From positions 22,940,001 to 23,004,000 of the forward strand of contig OX597819.1 of assembly GCA_951406725.2 (NCBI GenBank): a DNA stretch of 64,000 nt, read 5' to 3'. The notes under the pieces were generated by a model. That model was not told the DNA's origin, searched no databases, and was given only the letters and a program-made list of their open reading frames with translations. The DNA comes from Octopus vulgaris (taxonomy: Eukaryota). Every line of letters begins with the position of its first letter. The first letter of the stretch is position 1. Below are positions 1-12,599 of the stretch, piece by piece. The position numbers were made by a program, and so were the translations under genes.

Positions 1-1298
1 AAATGTAACCTTTAGAATATATACATGTATAAACGCCCTCGCTTAGGTTGTATGGTGCACGTACATTCACTCGTACAAGCTTGCACAAAGTTATAAGTAT
101 ACGCACAGGCGTTGTTTGGCGCACATACGTTCACACAGCGAGTTAGATAAATACTTTGTGTTTATAAGAATGGGTCGGTTACAATTAATTCATCCATACT
201 GCAAAGTAAATTATGGCTATTAATTTTGTTAAGAAATACTCAAATTCATTCTCACTGTACTGTGCGAAAGTGCATTTATAAGCATACAGACATCTTGACA
301 AGCTTTCAGAAATCGTATTAATGACCATCTCAGTGGTCCACATAAAAGACAGGGATTCTTGGGAGCATAGTCTGCATATCCTGCAAAGGGTATATACGGT
401 TGTACATGCCTAATTATGGAACAAGTTACATCACATTTCATTTGTTCCCCCTTAGGTCGTCACACAACGTCAACAAAAGACGTCGAATGCCTCTTGTTGA
501 TGTTCTTGAAGCTGGCGAGATGATTGCGATAATGATTCTTGAATGAATCAACTGTTGCCTCAGTGTAAACGTACGGTCCTTCCCTTGTGTGTACGGTGCA
601 TTTATATACAAGATTCATACTCATACAGAGGGTCATCACTGGGCATTTTGTTTTTTATCTGCATGAGCATTTATTAGATTTAGTAGTGTGTGTGCCAGTG
701 CTGACTTCAATTTCTCACGTTGTTACCATGTCGGCTCTGTCACTATTATTTGTACTATCAAGATGTAGCCGTAGCGGTTACTTTTCATTCTGGTTGGTAT
801 TTCCTTTCATTAGATTTTGATGTATATATTTGCAGCCTTTTCTGTTTATCGAGGCGAGAGTAGTTGGCCCATAAGATATAGTTCCAAGAGATGGGTCACT
901 GAACTGTTGGTTCATTTTACTGTTATTAATGGGGTGTATATGTGGCTCTAATTTAGCGCTTGATTCCTTCATAATGTGTTTATAGAAAATAGCATGATAT
1001 CTATTTGATTTTGGGAATTTTGTCTAAAGCGACAAAACATATCCTAGCGATCCTCGTTGAAACATTACAACCGTGGATTTGGTTGTACCAGAGTACATCA
1101 TGATTCTCATATATATATATATATATATATTTCTCTCCTTTTTCTCTCCTTGTTTCTCCCCTTTTTTCTGTGTCTCTTTCTGTAGAAGAGCGTAGACTCG
1201 AAACATAAAAGACTTTGTCTATTCCTGAGCGTTATATTAATACATCTGAATGTTTTGTATACCACCAGTCTTCGTCTTTTGTTTTTCTAGTAAACTCT

Positions 1299-1383
<85 letters not shown>

Positions 1384-1520
1384 AAGTTGAAAAGGAACAC
1401 ACGAGTTAATATATAGAGGTAGAAAATGCTAAAATGATTCTATAAAAATCATTTCAATACCGGTTTCAGTCATTGAGACTTTTTCAACTGTAAGTATGGA
1501 AAACAATTAAATTTTGGAAA

Positions 1521-1716
1521 AATTAAAAGAAAACATTTTAAAAGAATATTTGTATAGTATTCAAATACAAGAGGCATTTTCCTTATTTCTGCCTGTTACT
1601 GTCTTTCTTGCTTACTCTTGTGTAAACAAGAGAGACAGAGACAGGCAGAAACAAGGAAAATGCCCCTTGTATTTGAATACTATATAAATATTGTCTTAAA
1701 AACTTTTCTTTTAATT
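1521..1716. repeat. Imperfect fold-back, about 95-bp arms
   Basis: tatagtattcaaatacaagaggcattttcctt pairs with aaggaaaatgccccttgtatttgaatactata; almost no loop. Confidence 0.85.
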
Positions 1717-2426
1717 ATTAGCGTATCCGCATCAGTTGAGAGAGGACAAGCTTATTTGTTACTGCATTATGTCGAATAATTTGTGATAAATTGTCGAGTA
1801 AATCGTAATAATGAAATGAAACAAAATGATGATATTTAAAAGCATTTAATACGTATGTTTCAGATCTTCAGTTAATAATACATTTTGGTATTTTGATCTA
1901 TATTAACTGAAGATGATGTGGCGAAAGTGGAATATTTCTAATTACATATGTCACAGATCTAAAACGCATGTATTAAATTCTACGATAAACATATACATAG
2001 ATAATACACACATACATAATATATAGATAATATATAGATAATATATAGATAATATAGAGATAATACACACATACATACACACACGCGCGCGCGCACACAC
2101 ACACACTCACACACACACACACACACGCACACATATATATATATATATATAAAAGGTGGATGCAGTCAAATGACTGAAACAAGTAAATGAATAAAAGAAT
2201 GTATATATGAATGTATGTGTGTGTATGTATGCGTACATGTATGTACGTATGTTTGTATGCATGTATTTATGTATGTGTATGTATTTTTTCTTTAATTTAA
2301 AGAAATTAAAGAAAAATATATATATACAGAAATATATATATATGTGTGTGTATGTATATATGCTATCAGTTAACGGTTTATAGCAGTCATCTCAACATTT
2401 ATTCTAATCGGTATATCTTACTACCC

Positions 2427-2511
2427 CTGAAGAGATTCATCTTATAATGATTTTAATTTTATAAATTAATTATCTAAAGTTTACAGAATCGAAACAGCTC
2501 TCAGAGCTGTT
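2427..2511 (+). ncRNA. Hammerhead core with long stem III, stem I lost
   Basis: CTGAAGA, GATTC/GAATC, GAAA, ACAGCTC-tca-GAGCTGT, T; no convincing stem I. Confidence 0.55.
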
Positions 2512-2733
2512 GTCATATTTTATGATTAATAAATAATATTTAATTAATTACCTCGCCATTTCCTCTTTATTCTTTAACTATATAAATATGTAAACCACGG
2601 CTTATATGGGTACCATATAGTTCAACTTTCTATGGATTGCTAACTAACCAGTATTTTCATTGGATTTATTATCCCTTAATGTGGTTTATAACCTTTACTT
2701 GAATTTATTGTATATATATATATATATATATAT

Positions 2734-2768
<35 letters not shown>

Positions 2769-3411
2769 GATTGCTTTATCTTGAGAGATGATACCTGTCC
2801 CTTCAACACACATCACACACCATCACACAGCACAATCACTCCGTTCATAAGCCCTTAGGTGACTTTTAAGAGAAGCTGCTGACTGACAGGGTCTAAAACA
2901 CAAGTGACAGGTATTATTCAAGTTTCTTCTTTATCTTTGACATTTGGAATCTGATTCTGAAGGAATATTTTTGTGACTTAGCATATGTCTTTTTTTCCAG
3001 ATATTGTCTTTTCCAGATATTGTCTATTACGCAAAAGTGTCGCAGGTCCAAAACATTGCACTTTTCGAAAATGAAAAAAATAGCTTCACTACTCCATAGC
3101 AAAACCGTTGTACTACACTTTGACAATTGTTGTTATCTTGGCATCTGAAGCAGCTGGGAATACAATAGTTTGACCAAACGAACTGGCTCTTAGAAGCGAA
3201 AAAAGATATTTATTTCGTTATTTCCTACAGGTGCTAATCATAGAGGGTGCAAACAGCGCGTAACTGGTACTTTTTTAATCGACCCTAAAGTATTATAGGT
3301 AAAGTCGACATCGGCGGAATAAAAAAAAATGAATATTGAAAATTTCGCATTTCGCAAAATCTGGACATGCGACAGTTTAACATAATAGCAATAAAAGATA
3401 CATATATAGAT

Positions 3412-3495
<84 letters not shown>

Positions 3496-3497
<2 letters not shown>

Positions 3498-3657
3498 GAC
3501 GGGCTTCTTTCAGTTTCCGTCTACCAAATCCACTCACAAGGCTTCGGTCGATCTGAAGCTATAGTAGAAAACACTTGCCCAAGGTGACACGCAGTGCGAC
3601 TGAACCTGGAACTATGTGGTTGGTAAACAAGCTACTTACTACATAGACAATCGTGTG

Positions 3658-3660
<3 letters not shown>
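3496..3660 (-). mobile_element. SINE family A, 5' half
   Basis: Reverse complement of 4357-4515. Confidence 0.8.
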
Positions 3661-3717
<57 letters not shown>

Positions 3718-3820
3718 TCAATAATAATATAGGGTGAAATCAATTAATTTGGAGTAATCATTAATTTCACCAAGTAGATTTCGGCATGTAAAAGCCCCAT
3801 TCGAGGAACGTTTAAGTAAT

Positions 3821-4154
3821 ACTAAGTAATTAAGGGTTTAGCAACGATTTGCCAATACACAATTATCTATAATTGTAGAGTCCTACGCTGAGGAGAAAAG
3901 TAGTCGGGTAAGACATAATTATTAAATTTTTATGCTCTCCTACGACTTAATTTCGAAACGTACGTCCGTAGGTGACTTAATATGTAATGATTGTCGTCAT
4001 TTCTTTCTCTTTTACCTGCGTTGTTTGCCTTTTAAGTGCTGTGGTTTTACTGAGATCTCTCTTTTAAGTAGAAAGAATAGCCATAACTATTTGACTGCTA
4101 TTTCTAAATTCGGTGTGTGGTGAGGCAAATCGTTGCTAAACCCTTAATTACTTA

Positions 4155-4156
<2 letters not shown>
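3821..4156. repeat. 33-bp perfect inverted repeat flanking the 3882 hammerhead
   Basis: actaagtaattaagggtttagcaacgatttgcc (3821-3853) and its reverse complement (4124-4156). Confidence 0.9.
3882..3972 (+). ncRNA. Type I hammerhead ribozyme, complete core
   Basis: Stem I cctacg/cgtagg; CTGAGGA; stem II GAAA/TTTC extended by agtcg/cgact and cataa/ttatg; GAAA; palindromic stem III ACGTACGT; GUC site, predicted cut after 3966. Confidence 0.88.
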
Positions 4157-4188
<32 letters not shown>

Positions 4189-4356
4189 TGAATTCAATTT
4201 GTAAAGCATATATTTTTTGTTTGTTTGTTTTTCTAAACTAAAGCCTGAAACTCGCGTGCTGATTTTTAGCCCCTGTTTTATCTGAAGGTATTGGTAGCAT
4301 GAAACTCAGTCACGAGACAAAATTAAGCAATAGTTGCGATAAAAACGACATAACGA

Positions 4357-4745
4357 CAGGAGTGGCTGTGTGGTAAGTAGCTTGCTAACCAACCACATGG
4401 TTCCGGGTTCAGTCCCACTGCGTGGCATCTTGGGCAAGTGTCTTCTGCTATAGCCCCGGGCCGACCAATGCCTTGTGAGTGGATTTGGTAGACGGAAACT
4501 GAAAGTAGCCTGTCGTATATATGTATATATATATGTATGTGTGTGTGTTTGTCCCCCTAGCATTGCTTGACAATCGATGCTGGTGTGTTTACGTCTCCGT
4601 CACTTAGCGGTTCGGCAAAAGAGACCGATAGAATAAGTACTGGGCTTACAAAGAATAAGTCCCGGGGTTGATTTGCTCGACTAAAGGCGGTGCCCCAGCA
4701 CGGCCGCAGTCAAATGACTGAAACAAGTAAAAGAGTAAAGAGTAA
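4357..4745 (+). mobile_element. tRNA-derived SINE family A, full length
   Basis: A box tggctgtgtgg, B box ggttcagtccc, internal (TA)(TG) microsatellite, tail gactgaaacaagtaaaagag; many copies in the window. Confidence 0.9.
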
Positions 4746-5410
4746 CTCTTACAACATATATTGGGCACTCTCTTCTCGATCATTCAACATAAAGCAACAC
4801 ACATATCCATGCATAATCTCTCGCACACACACACACACATACATACATGTGTGTGTGTGTCCATAATTAGAGGTTGGTAGCAGCAGCATCCACAATTTTC
4901 CTCATTTATTAATACATAAATTAAATAAAATCATATGAATTTGTTATGCTTTCGATAAATAGCACTAAAAAAAGATGCTGATAATCATCAATTGATCCGA
5001 AAACGTTCGTCCACTGAGGATCATTGCAACAATGATATCGGGAACGTCGTCCCAACTGATTTTCATTAATGTATGATTAAAATAAATAACAAATATATAA
5101 CCTACAAAAAATTATACATTTGTTTGGAAAACTTTTATTTTTACATATTTTTTTAAACATGATTGTATTCATTTAAAATATTTTTTTCCAAATGAATTAT
5201 TTGTCTAATTAGGAAAAATGTGCAATGTCTATTCCGGTGGTGGGGATATAGAATGTCCTTAACTCTCCCCAAAATATATAGAAGGTATAAGAATCTGTAC
5301 AATAGCCAAAGTCCGGAGCCAAGAGGACGTGAGCACCCCGTTAGACACTTCAGTTAACTAAGTTCGAAATTATGACCTAGGAATTCAAGTAACTCAAGCG
5401 ATATAGCGTC

Positions 5411-5538
<128 letters not shown>

Positions 5539-5951
5539 GAAAGAATGGAGTCGAACGAAGATGTTAACAAAATTCCTCAAATTTCTGCACATGACCCCAG
5601 AGTTTCTACCCTTGACAGGTCGCTTCAACCGTGTTTCTGACGTGAATTTGCTACCCAGGTTTCGGTTAAACGAATTTTCCATGCTGACGATAAACATAGG
5701 ATAATTCATTCACCTACTTATATATGTATATATGTATGTACGTATGTCATTATGCAGTTTATTTCAACATTTCTTGCCAATAGACGAAAAACCGGTTTCT
5801 AACCTAGATCCAAGGCTCCTTCATTAGAATTTCAACATCAGCAACAGGGTACATTTATATGTATGTATGTATCTATGTATGTGAAGATTTGTATGTTTTA
5901 TGTATGTATTCCCATGCATATATTTGCATATCAAGACATGCTCATATATAT

Positions 5952-6355
5952 TTAATTGATAAACTTCTGGAAAGTTTTACAGATTTTTACAGTTCCAGTG
6001 ATTGCTTGGATATGTAGTCTTCAAATTCGCTTTCTCATTTCTGGCTTTGAGAAACGTCACTTTTCAAGACTGGCATTTAGGTAGTGTGTTACATATCCCA
6101 GGGCTCCAATAATTACAGGTATAAACCTGAACTTATAATCTGAATAGACTAACTGCAGATTTCTCAATAGTTCAGCACAAGTGTTCTCTTTTTCACTGAT
6201 CTTCAACTTCATGTTCACATCCGCTGGGCAGCTAAATTACACGACTGTGCACAGTTTCTCTTCTTTATTCCAAATCATTATATCAGGTCTTTTGTGCTTA
6301 CATCTTATTGAGGTCTTCACTAGTATTCCTTTTTATTATGAGTGGCTGTGGCTTC
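5952..6355 (-). mobile_element. R4/Dong-type non-LTR retrotransposon relic, restriction-like endonuclease C-terminus
   Basis: Hand translation: KHKRPDIMIWNKEEKLCTVV*FSCPAD...EKENTCAELLRNL...FIPVIIGALG...TVKICKTFQKFIN*, with in-frame stops; probable 3'UTR to about 5750. Confidence 0.8.
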
Positions 6356-6459
6356 TTATGTATGAAAGTATGTATGTATTATGTATGTATGTGTATGTAT
6401 GTGCGTGTGTAGGAATATTTATATATATGTGTATGTGTATATCTTTTATCTTTTCTGTT

Positions 6460-6640
6460 TTATTTATTTCAGCCACTGGACTGCGGTCATGCTGGAGCAA
6501 CGTCTTGAAGGGTTTTAGACGAAGTGATCCAACTGAGTACTTGTTTATTGAACTTCTTACATATTCTGTCGGTATCTTTTGTCGACATAAAGGAACCAAC
6601 ACCCGTTTTCAGGCCAGGGTTGGGGCGACAAACACTTACA
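6460..6640 (-). mobile_element. SINE family A, diverged 3' half
   Basis: ctgcggtcatgctggagca..gtacttg..accaacacccgtt matches the family A tail. Confidence 0.65.
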
Positions 6641-6933
6641 AATACGTACACATGTCTGTGTATGTGAGTATGTCAATGTGCGTGTATGTATGCATGTATC
6701 TATATGTCTGTGCAAGTATGTATTTATGAATGTATATATATATAAATATATATATACGTAAATTAGTTATCTGTATCTTAATATAAGCGTTCCCTGATGA
6801 TCTGTTGTAGTTGAGCATCTGAATGCACTTGGAACACCTTTTGCAGAGTACTTAACAATCCAAATGGTGAAACGTGCGTAGCAACTATAACATAACCTTA
6901 TGGTTATCTTTATTTCCCTCATATATATACATA

Positions 6934-6992
<59 letters not shown>

Positions 6993-7009
6993 ACATCTAT
7001 CAATATATG

Positions 7010-7054
<45 letters not shown>

Positions 7055-7680
7055 TATGTAATAAACACAATATATATTTTTATATGCTACTATCAATTTC
7101 ATGTGCTGAGAGAATGCGAGACAGCATTTCCAAACACGTCTGGTGTCCTAGCACAATCATCAGGCACTGCCCACATGGCATTTCGCACTATAAATGTGAC
7201 GATAAGATAACAGAAAATCTAGAAAATGCGAGAAAGAAGTAGATATAGAAGATGGAAGATTTTTCAGCCTTCCGCATTTTATATATATATCTATTTCTTT
7301 ATCACACACAAATTTGAAATTGAAATTTAAGTACCTTATCATCAGGAACTTAAGCGGAAATTCTAATGTAAAGGAAATTCTAATGTCCACAATGAAGGGA
7401 GAGAACATTCGGTATTTTAGAGATGTTGATACTAAGAGGAAATTGTGGAAATATATTAGGGGAATTAACTGTAAGCAGGTTACAATAAAATGATATAAAA
7501 TGAACTATGAGTGTACAAATTCCTCGTACACTCATTTTGTAGGATAATGATAGATTTGATAAACCAACTGTGTAGAAATGAGGACGTGGAAATAAATTGA
7601 GGTATATGAAAGTGATATGAAAAATGGGCAAATATATTTTAAAAAGTTACGAAGATGCCATCATATGATGTCTAGATTTC

Positions 7681-7890
7681 AGGCAGCGAACTGGCAGAAA
7701 CGTTCGCGCGTCGGATAAAATTCTTAGTGGCAATTCCTCCGGCTCTTTACGCTCTGTTTTGTTCATATCCTACCAAAGAAGACCTTACTTTTTGTCGATG
7801 GTCGATAGAATATATACCAGTTTAGCACTGGAATCGATGTAATCGGCTAAGGCACTTCCCACTGGCCTAATGCCAAAATTTGAAACCATA
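7681..7890 (+). mobile_element. SINE family B, diverged
   Basis: aggcagcgaactggcagaaacgtt head and tail similarity. Confidence 0.65.
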
Positions 7891-8269
7891 TGATGACTAG
7901 ATTTCAAACGTAGCTTGGAAAGAGAATGAACGCATAAATGAATGTAAAACAAAACCTCATTTCTATCGGGAAGCCACAAAGGAAATTAAGGGAATGAAAC
8001 TCTATTGCAATTTCTGTACGTATCAATCACTGCCAGAAGAGTAATTCAATTTGTTTGTTCGTTCGTTTATTTGTTTGTTTTGGCAAATATTTTCCAAAAC
8101 ATTCAAGAAAACTGGAAGAGAAACTAACTAAAAATATTTGAACAATATTAGGTGACAGAATGACTGGAAGACGAATTAATCAAAACAGATTCAACGTGGA
8201 TACTTTGAATGGGATAAGACACTTCTGATAAATTATGATCTATTACTAGATGTAATTTTTTTTTCTCAT

Positions 8270-8450
8270 TCTGAAACAAGACCAGTAATTTTGAGGGGAG
8301 AGATCAGGTTGATTAGATCGACCCCCCAACACTTGACTAATGCTTATTTTATCGTCCATGAATGAATTAAAGTCAAAGTCGACGTGGGGAAATCTGAACG
8401 CCACTACACATTTTGTCCGACGCCGGAATGATTCTACAACGTGTAATAAT
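8270..8450 (-). mobile_element. SINE family B, diverged
   Basis: tcgaccccc..ttgactaatgcttatttt..caaagtcgac. Confidence 0.6.
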
Positions 8451-8469
8451 TATTTCTACCGTCGTCGTG

Positions 8470-8848
8470 ACCCTTCGTCGGTTACAACGACGAAAGTTCC
8501 AGTTGATCCGATCAACGGAACAGCTTGCTCGGGAAATTAACATGCAAGTGGCTGAGCACTCCATAGACACATGTGCCCTTAACGTAGTTGTGGGGGAGAT
8601 TCAGCGTGACACAGAGTGTGACAAGGCTGGTCCTTTGAAATACAGAAACAAGAGAAACAAGAACAAAGAATGAGAGAAAGTTGTGGCGAAAAAGTACAGC
8701 AGGGTTCGCCACTACCCCTTGCCGGAGCCTTGTGGGGCTTTAGGTGCTTCCGCTCATTACACACTCGCGAGGCCTGGTCTGGGAATCGAAACCACAATCC
8801 TACAATCGCGAATCTGCTGCCCTAACCACTGGGCCATTGCGCCCCCAC
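8470..8848 (-). mobile_element. tRNA-derived SINE family C
   Basis: Head gcgcaatggcccagtggttaggg..ggtttcgattccc; matches 42311-42686. Confidence 0.88.
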
Positions 8849-8859
8849 CATTCTACACT

Positions 8860-9270
8860 GCAGGATGCGGGCTAATTGATTTCATAGACCTCCCCACGCT
8901 CCAGTATTCAAATGGTATTTCGTTCATCGACGTCGAAAGGGATGAAGGGCAGTGAACATCGACGGAATTTGAACTCAATGACGGACGAAATGTCGCAAAG
9001 CATTTTGTCCGGCGTGCTAACGATTCTGCTAGCTCGCTGCCTTATTTTAGTATCAAATTTTCGCGCAAGACCAGAAATTCTGGGAGAGGGAATAAGTACT
9101 TATATCAACCCCTGATCTCGACTGGTGCTTGTTATCTCAAACCCGAAAGGATGAAAGGCAAAGTCGACCTCGCGACCTCGGCGGAATATGAACTCAGAAC
9201 GTAGAGATGAATGAAAAGCCACTCAGTGTTAGGGCTAGGATTCCGGCGTACCAAAGGAATCTGCCAGCGC
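8860..9270 (-). mobile_element. Two tandem SINE family B copies
   Basis: Two successive cgaaaggatgaa..ggca..gcggaat..gaactca blocks, with heads at about 9042 and 9270. Confidence 0.75.
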
Positions 9271-9544
9271 GTCATATAGTTAGTTATTAAATATGAAAGT
9301 CATTAAATATTAAGGAAATGTGTTTGAATTTGACTATGTGGAGTAACAGTCTGCGTGCTTGTTTATAGTGGATACTGAGTTCGATCTAGAGTGATACCAC
9401 TGCACTGGTACCACTGGTATTCTCTCTCTTTCTCTCTGTGACACACACACACACACACACACACGCACGTGTGTACATATGCATACAAAGAGACAGAAAG
9501 TTGATGTAAAACCTAAATTTGTTTCTCCATCTTCTTATTTGTAT

Positions 9545-9577
<33 letters not shown>

Positions 9578-9683
9578 TTTCACATATTCTAACTCATAAT
9601 TTTGCCGCGTGGTGTATACTGAATCTCCAGTATTTTTGGTCCTTTTATATATATATACATTCATACATACATATATATATATC

Positions 9684-9946
9684 ATCATCATCATCATAAT
9701 CGTTTAACGTCTGCTTTCCATGCTAGCATTGCTAGGACGATTATGACTGAGGGCTTGCGAATCAGATGGCTGCACCAGGCTCCAATCTTGATCTGGCAGA
9801 GTTACTACAGCTGGATGCCCTTCCTAACGCCAAGCACTCCCAGAGTGTATTGGGTGCTTTTTACGTGCCACCGGCACGGGAGCCAGTCAGGCGGTACTGG
9901 CAATGACCTCGCTCGAATCTTTTTACACGTGCCAGTGAAACGACGT

Positions 9947-9947
<1 letters not shown>
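9684..9947 (-). mobile_element. SINE or LINE-tail fragment ending in (GAT)n
   Basis: Minus strand ggcgttaggaagggcatccagc..gacgttaaacgat(gat)n, an RTE-type tail (recalled, not searched). Confidence 0.55.
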
Positions 9948-10033
<86 letters not shown>

Positions 10034-10065
10034 TGTATGTATGTATGTATGTATGTTTGTATGTG

Positions 10066-10117
<52 letters not shown>

Positions 10118-10129
10118 TGTGCGTGCATG

Positions 10130-10343
10130 TGTTTGTGTGTCTGAGTTTGTCCCCAACATTGCTTGACAACCGATGCTGGTGTGTTTACGTCCCCGTAACT
10201 TAGCGGTTCGGCAAAAGAAACTGATAGAATAAGTATTAGGCTTACAAAGAATAAGTTCTAGAGTCGATTTGCTCGACTAAAGGTGGTGCTCCAGCATGAC
10301 CACATTCAATAGACTGAAACAAACAAAAGAGTAATAGTAAAAG
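10130..10343 (+). mobile_element. SINE family A, 3' half
   Basis: Matches 4545-4745. Confidence 0.85.
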
Positions 10344-10376
<33 letters not shown>

Positions 10377-10396
10377 TACTTACATGCATATATATA

Positions 10397-10445
<49 letters not shown>

Positions 10446-10598
10446 GCCTGGCATTAGAATTTTTTTCCTTTGCCCTCATTTATGAATTGTTTATAAATTT
10501 AACCGTTAAAGGTATTTTTTAATATGCTGGCCATTGATAAAATTTTTTTCGAGAAAATATTTTTTTCGAAAAGAATTTATCACTCACATTTGATATAT

Positions 10599-10647
<49 letters not shown>

Positions 10648-12599
10648 GATACATACATACATACATATCTTCAAGATATGTTAAAGTTATACGTTATAGA
10701 TAATTACACGTATTCGCATGTAGGCACACACAAACACCACCACCACCATGCGTACACGTTTTTCATTTGTTCATCAGTATCTGTGCACTTCTTTTCGTGT
10801 CTTTCAATAGAAATATATAAGCGGGATACCTATTAATGTCTACTGCATTGCGTAAGATGAAGAAGGACCATTAAAACGAACAGAGACCGTATATTTCCTT
10901 CAATGACATACACTAAACATACGCTAGCAATTTAGCGCTGCAATTCTCGCAATTTACAGATATATTTATTATCTATTAACTTACCAATGTATCCCTATCA
11001 GTTTGTCAACTGTACTTACAGATCCAATTAATGATGATGATCATTTAGAATCGTGCATAGATTTCAACTGTTGATTCAAACTTCAAAGATAGTGCAATAT
11101 TCAAGAACGATATTTTTTTTTACTGTTTTGATCTGTTGAAGCACCACTTCATGCAATTTTCACAAATCATTAGAAGAAAATGTCCTCTACGTATTCTATA
11201 CATCTTTCTTTATTTGTGATTGTTATTTTATCCAGTTTACGCTTGTTATTTTTATTTGTAGTTCGTCTCTCTTGCATCTTTTCTCTTAATACTTCGATGC
11301 TTCATTCAGAATAATCTTGTCCTATATACGGCATTTCCTTCTCGTTAACTATCCCAGATAGCAGGCATTGGTGTGATGTACTAATTTCATAGGTCTTGTG
11401 TTAATGTATGACTTGATATGGATCTAATATATGCAACTAAACTTGTTTTCGCTTTTGTATTCATTACATTTTGTGTTCAAATCACGCTGTCTTTTGTATT
11501 CGCTATTTCTCTTGCCAAGAACGACATAGAAACAGCCAAAAGCCTTCGGAAAATAAACAATATAACTTCAGTCAACCAGAAATGCTTCCCATCAATGCCT
11601 GATTGTGGAATTTCTCATGAATAAATCAATATTCACAAAATTTCATTAAAATTAGCAGTTAATCTCGAACACCCTTCACCTTTTTATTATACAAATGGCA
11701 ACTTCCTTAATGCTTTTTTTAAATGAGATACAGGTCAACAGCTGCAGTTTATACAATCTAGGATTTGAGACAGTGAAAAATCTTCTACGTGGTTGCTCGG
11801 CTTACAAGAAATACCAGCTACGTTTCCTTCAAAGGACACCCTCTCATCTTCAAAACAGAGTTAAATACACTAATGCGATCAAACTTATATAACATCTGAA
11901 AAAGACAGTATAGTAATGATTGGTCTGGACCAAAACCAAGAGCTATTAATATCTATGTGCATCAAAGTAGAAATTGTTTCCTCTTATAGTAGCCGTGAAA
12001 ATATAGAAGTGTACGTAAATACTTCGGGATAGCGGTGATGTTAGGAATAGAAACAAGTATTTCAAATTATTAATTGTCCATAAATGTAAGAATTAGGCAT
12101 TCAACATTTCATGGTACAAAGCACTTCTGGAAGCATATATTGTCGATTATATTTTTATAATTTGCTTCTTATAACAAACGATTTGCAAGTATCTGGAGCG
12201 AAGGGATACATATATGGATGGCGCACGAGGCAGTGGTGTAAAAATAAACGAAGCTTAGATAAGTTCAAATATGTGTGGAACATATACGGGCGATTAAGAC
12301 GTATCATCACTGCGATTTTCCATAGAGAAAAATTCTTGCTTCAGACAAAAGGGGTTAAAAACACCAAAGTCAGTGTTTTTAACACTAAAGAGGCAGTTAA
12401 AATGTTTCTCTACAGGTCAACAGTGTCTCAAACATATTTGGACAGATTTGAAATATGTTTTCACACAATACATTATTGGATATTGATCTTACATTCATCT
12501 CATAACAATGCTGTCAGTGGAGATGCCAAGTTGTTTGCTTATCTTGAGATTTTAGCAATTAATTCCATCCTCTTCTCATATTCCCGACTGATAAATAGA

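Noticed and set aside
181-1100. Non-repetitive first kb with an acceptor-like site at 455 and short ORFs
   Set aside because: All frames checked after the acceptor hit stops quickly; faint LDLa-like and Helitron-like resemblances were too weak to support.
4357-4430. tRNA-like sequences with A and B boxes (also 8780, 29004, 42620, 44004, 46930)
   Set aside because: SINE heads continuing into shared repeat bodies; no complete cloverleaf.
10752-10781. CTGATGA...GAAA matches on the minus strand (also 7340 and 18792) and on the plus strand at 34841
   Set aside because: No stem II or stem I pairing; expected by chance in AT-rich DNA.
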